From an uncultured Bdellovibrionales bacterium (lineage in GTDB: Bacteria > Patescibacteriota > Minisyncoccia > Moranbacterales > UBA1568), in the NCBI GenBank assembly GCA_964612055.1, contig CAZTBI010000004.1:1-58844 (forward strand): a DNA stretch of 58,844 nt, written 5' to 3'. Position 1 is the stretch's first letter, and each line of letters starts with the position of its first letter. Below are positions 57,579-58,844 of the stretch, one piece after another. A program made the translations under genes and the position numbers. The notes under the pieces were generated by a model. The model did not search any database. It had not been told where the DNA came from and saw only the letters and a list, made by a program, of their open reading frames with translations.

Positions 57579-57830
57579 TTATCCGCCATTACGGACAATG
57601 CTCAGAGCCATGATGTATCGTTCCAGATCGGGAGGTGTCAGCGGACGCTTCTCCTTGGTCGACATGTTGGTGAGAATCCACCGGCGTTTCTGGGCTTCCC
57701 AGGTCACCCGATAGATGGGGGCCGGCGGGCTCTGCAGCGCATCCTCCGCGAAAGCCAAAGCGATGTAACGGATCTTGGCTCGCAGATCGTCCGTATCCGG
57801 AATACTCTCTCTCAGCTTCTTCAGTTCCAT
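57579..57830 (-). CDS. Orphan protein (83 aa)
   Basis: CAAGGAG SD, own promoter, ends 8 nt before repeat copy 2. Confidence 0.65.
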   Translation of the reverse strand: MELKKLRESIPDTDDLRAKIRYIALAFAEDALQSPPAPIYRVTWEAQKRRWILTNMSTKEKRPLTPPDLERYIMALSIVRNGG

Positions 57831-57880
57831 CTCATCACTCCTTGGGAAACAACCTGAAAACCGAAAAATTCATCTGGCCA

Positions 57881-57908
57881 ATCCTATCATCTCTATCCGA
57901 AAAATCAA
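57881..57908 (-). promoter_or_regulatory. sigma70 promoter of the 83-aa ORF
   Basis: TTGATT-N16-TAGGAT with TGn. Confidence 0.5.
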
Positions 57909-57934
57909 GTCAGCGCTCTGCAGGTTACGGAAAT

Positions 57935-57970
57935 AAAAACTGCCGGTGCCCTCTTTGGGGTACTCGGCAG
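57935..57970 (-). repeat. 36-nt terminator-like repeat, copy 3
   Basis: Identical to copy 2, exactly 400 bp away. Confidence 0.9.
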
Positions 57971-57993
57971 CTTAATGAATGGGAGCGACTGGC

Positions 57994-58140
57994 TCAGCCG
58001 CCGGAGATGGACATGATGGCGTCCCGGAGGAACCAGACCAGGGTCACGGCGATGCCACCGTTGACGAACTTGTCCCAACCGTCGGCCTCCATGATGATGA
58101 GGGTGGCATTGCGGTAGGTACGAAACTTCTGAGCAGGCAC
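57994..58140 (-). CDS. Orphan micro-protein (48 aa, GTG start)
   Basis: CAAGGAG-N6-GTG; MPAQKFRTYRNATLIIMEADGWDKFVNGGIAVTLVWFLRDAIMSISGG; C-ending codons. Confidence 0.65.
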   Translation of the reverse strand: MPAQKFRTYRNATLIIMEADGWDKFVNGGIAVTLVWFLRDAIMSISGG

Positions 58141-58183
58141 AGCTTTCTCCTTGGTAATGTCACGAACAATCTCGCAACACCTT

Positions 58184-58212
58184 ATTATACTCCTTTTTCG
58201 ACCAGAAGTCAA
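58184..58212 (-). promoter_or_regulatory. sigma70 promoter of the 48-aa ORF
   Basis: TTGACT-N17-TATAAT. Confidence 0.8.
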
Positions 58213-58272
58213 CCATGGAGAGCAGAAACTTGCTTATTTGAGCCAAATATGGGAAAGTAAGGGCACAAACTT

Positions 58273-58719
58273 ATGACCAATATCGCCACCAACAAACGAG
58301 CCGGTTTTGATTACTCCCTCGAAGGACGCTTTGAGGCTGGTTTGGTATTGACCGGCGCCGAAGTAAAATCGGTCAAAACTGGCCACGCGAGCCTGAAAGG
58401 CGCTTACGTCACAGTCCATGGAAATGAGCTTTATCTGACGAATGCTTTGATCCCCCGCTACGCCCAGGCTCACCGTGATACGAAACATGAAGATAGCAGG
58501 CCACGAAAGCTTCTTTTACGCAAACGAGAAATCGGCTCTCTCATCGGAAAATATCGTACAGAAGGCTTGACATTAGTCCCGATTCGGTTGTATACTAAGA
58601 AGCAACTTGTGAAGCTTGAGTTTGCTATTGGGAAAGGAAAGAAGGAATACGATCGCCGAACCGATATCGGGAAACGTGAAGCCAAGCGTCGCATCGATCG
58701 CGCCATGCGTGCTCACTAA
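58273..58719 (+). CDS. smpB: SsrA-binding protein
   Basis: IATNKRAGFDY, FEAGLVLTG.EVKS, RKLLLRKREI, GKGKKEYDRR. Confidence 0.97.
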   Translation: MTNIATNKRAGFDYSLEGRFEAGLVLTGAEVKSVKTGHASLKGAYVTVHGNELYLTNALIPRYAQAHRDTKHEDSRPRKLLLRKREIGSLIGKYRTEGLTLVPIRLYTKKQLVKLEFAIGKGKKEYDRRTDIGKREAKRRIDRAMRAH

Positions 58720-58793
58720 AAATCTAGACGATGACGCACTGCGTGTTTGCAAGAATAGGGCCTGCCCCGCACTTCTTGCGAAGCAATTAGTGC

Positions 58794-58844
58794 GGGGTTG
58801 TTTAGACTCGACAGGTTGTACTTTCAAAATACGCAAGCCGACCT
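58794..58844 (+). ncRNA. ssrA: tmRNA 5' end (truncated by window edge)
   Basis: GGGGTTGTTTAGACTCGACAGG fits the tmRNA 5' consensus and lies directly after smpB. Confidence 0.75.

Noticed and set aside
55604-57970. 36-nt repeats as a CRISPR array
   Set aside because: Spacing is 400 and about 1930 bp with whole genes in between, and there are no cas genes.
55604-57970. 36-nt repeats as integron attC sites
   Set aside because: Too short, no RYYYAAC/GTTRRRY core sites, no integrase in the window.

Overview
A chromosomal window from a reduced-genome bacterium, most likely Patescibacteria/CPR (Parcubacteria-like). This is inferred from gene content, not a database match. It uses code 11 and is mostly minus-strand housekeeping genes: parAB, tRNA-Leu, folD, uppP, glmS, five aminoacyl-tRNA synthetases (leuS, metG, glyQS, ileS, argS), an F1Fo ATP synthase operon, tatD, rsmI, tgt, recO, trhO, and smpB plus the start of tmRNA. 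The 5' end of a 23S rRNA gene with its own promoter sits at the left edge. Accessory signals: (1) A redox block of membrane-anchored NirK, a NifL-like PAS domain fused to an ECF sigma factor, a rhodanese and a split class III ribonucleotide reductase. Both transcription units in it are preceded by the motif TTGACACCTTTT-N9/10-AGTGTTT. (2) Dispersed self-contained orphan cassettes (sigma70 promoter, SD, small ORF, hairpin), three of which end in the same 36-nt repeat and one of which splits the atp operon. (3) An actinobacterial-type ultrashort ileS T-box coupled to a transcription terminator. (4) An atpB leader with a 14-bp helix over the start codon plus a uORF. (5) A 128-bp att-like duplication at tRNA-Leu. 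(6) A 2168-aa mosaic surface fibre protein and a secreted lytic-transglycosylase-like protein. All family calls come from motif reading by eye; no searches were run.
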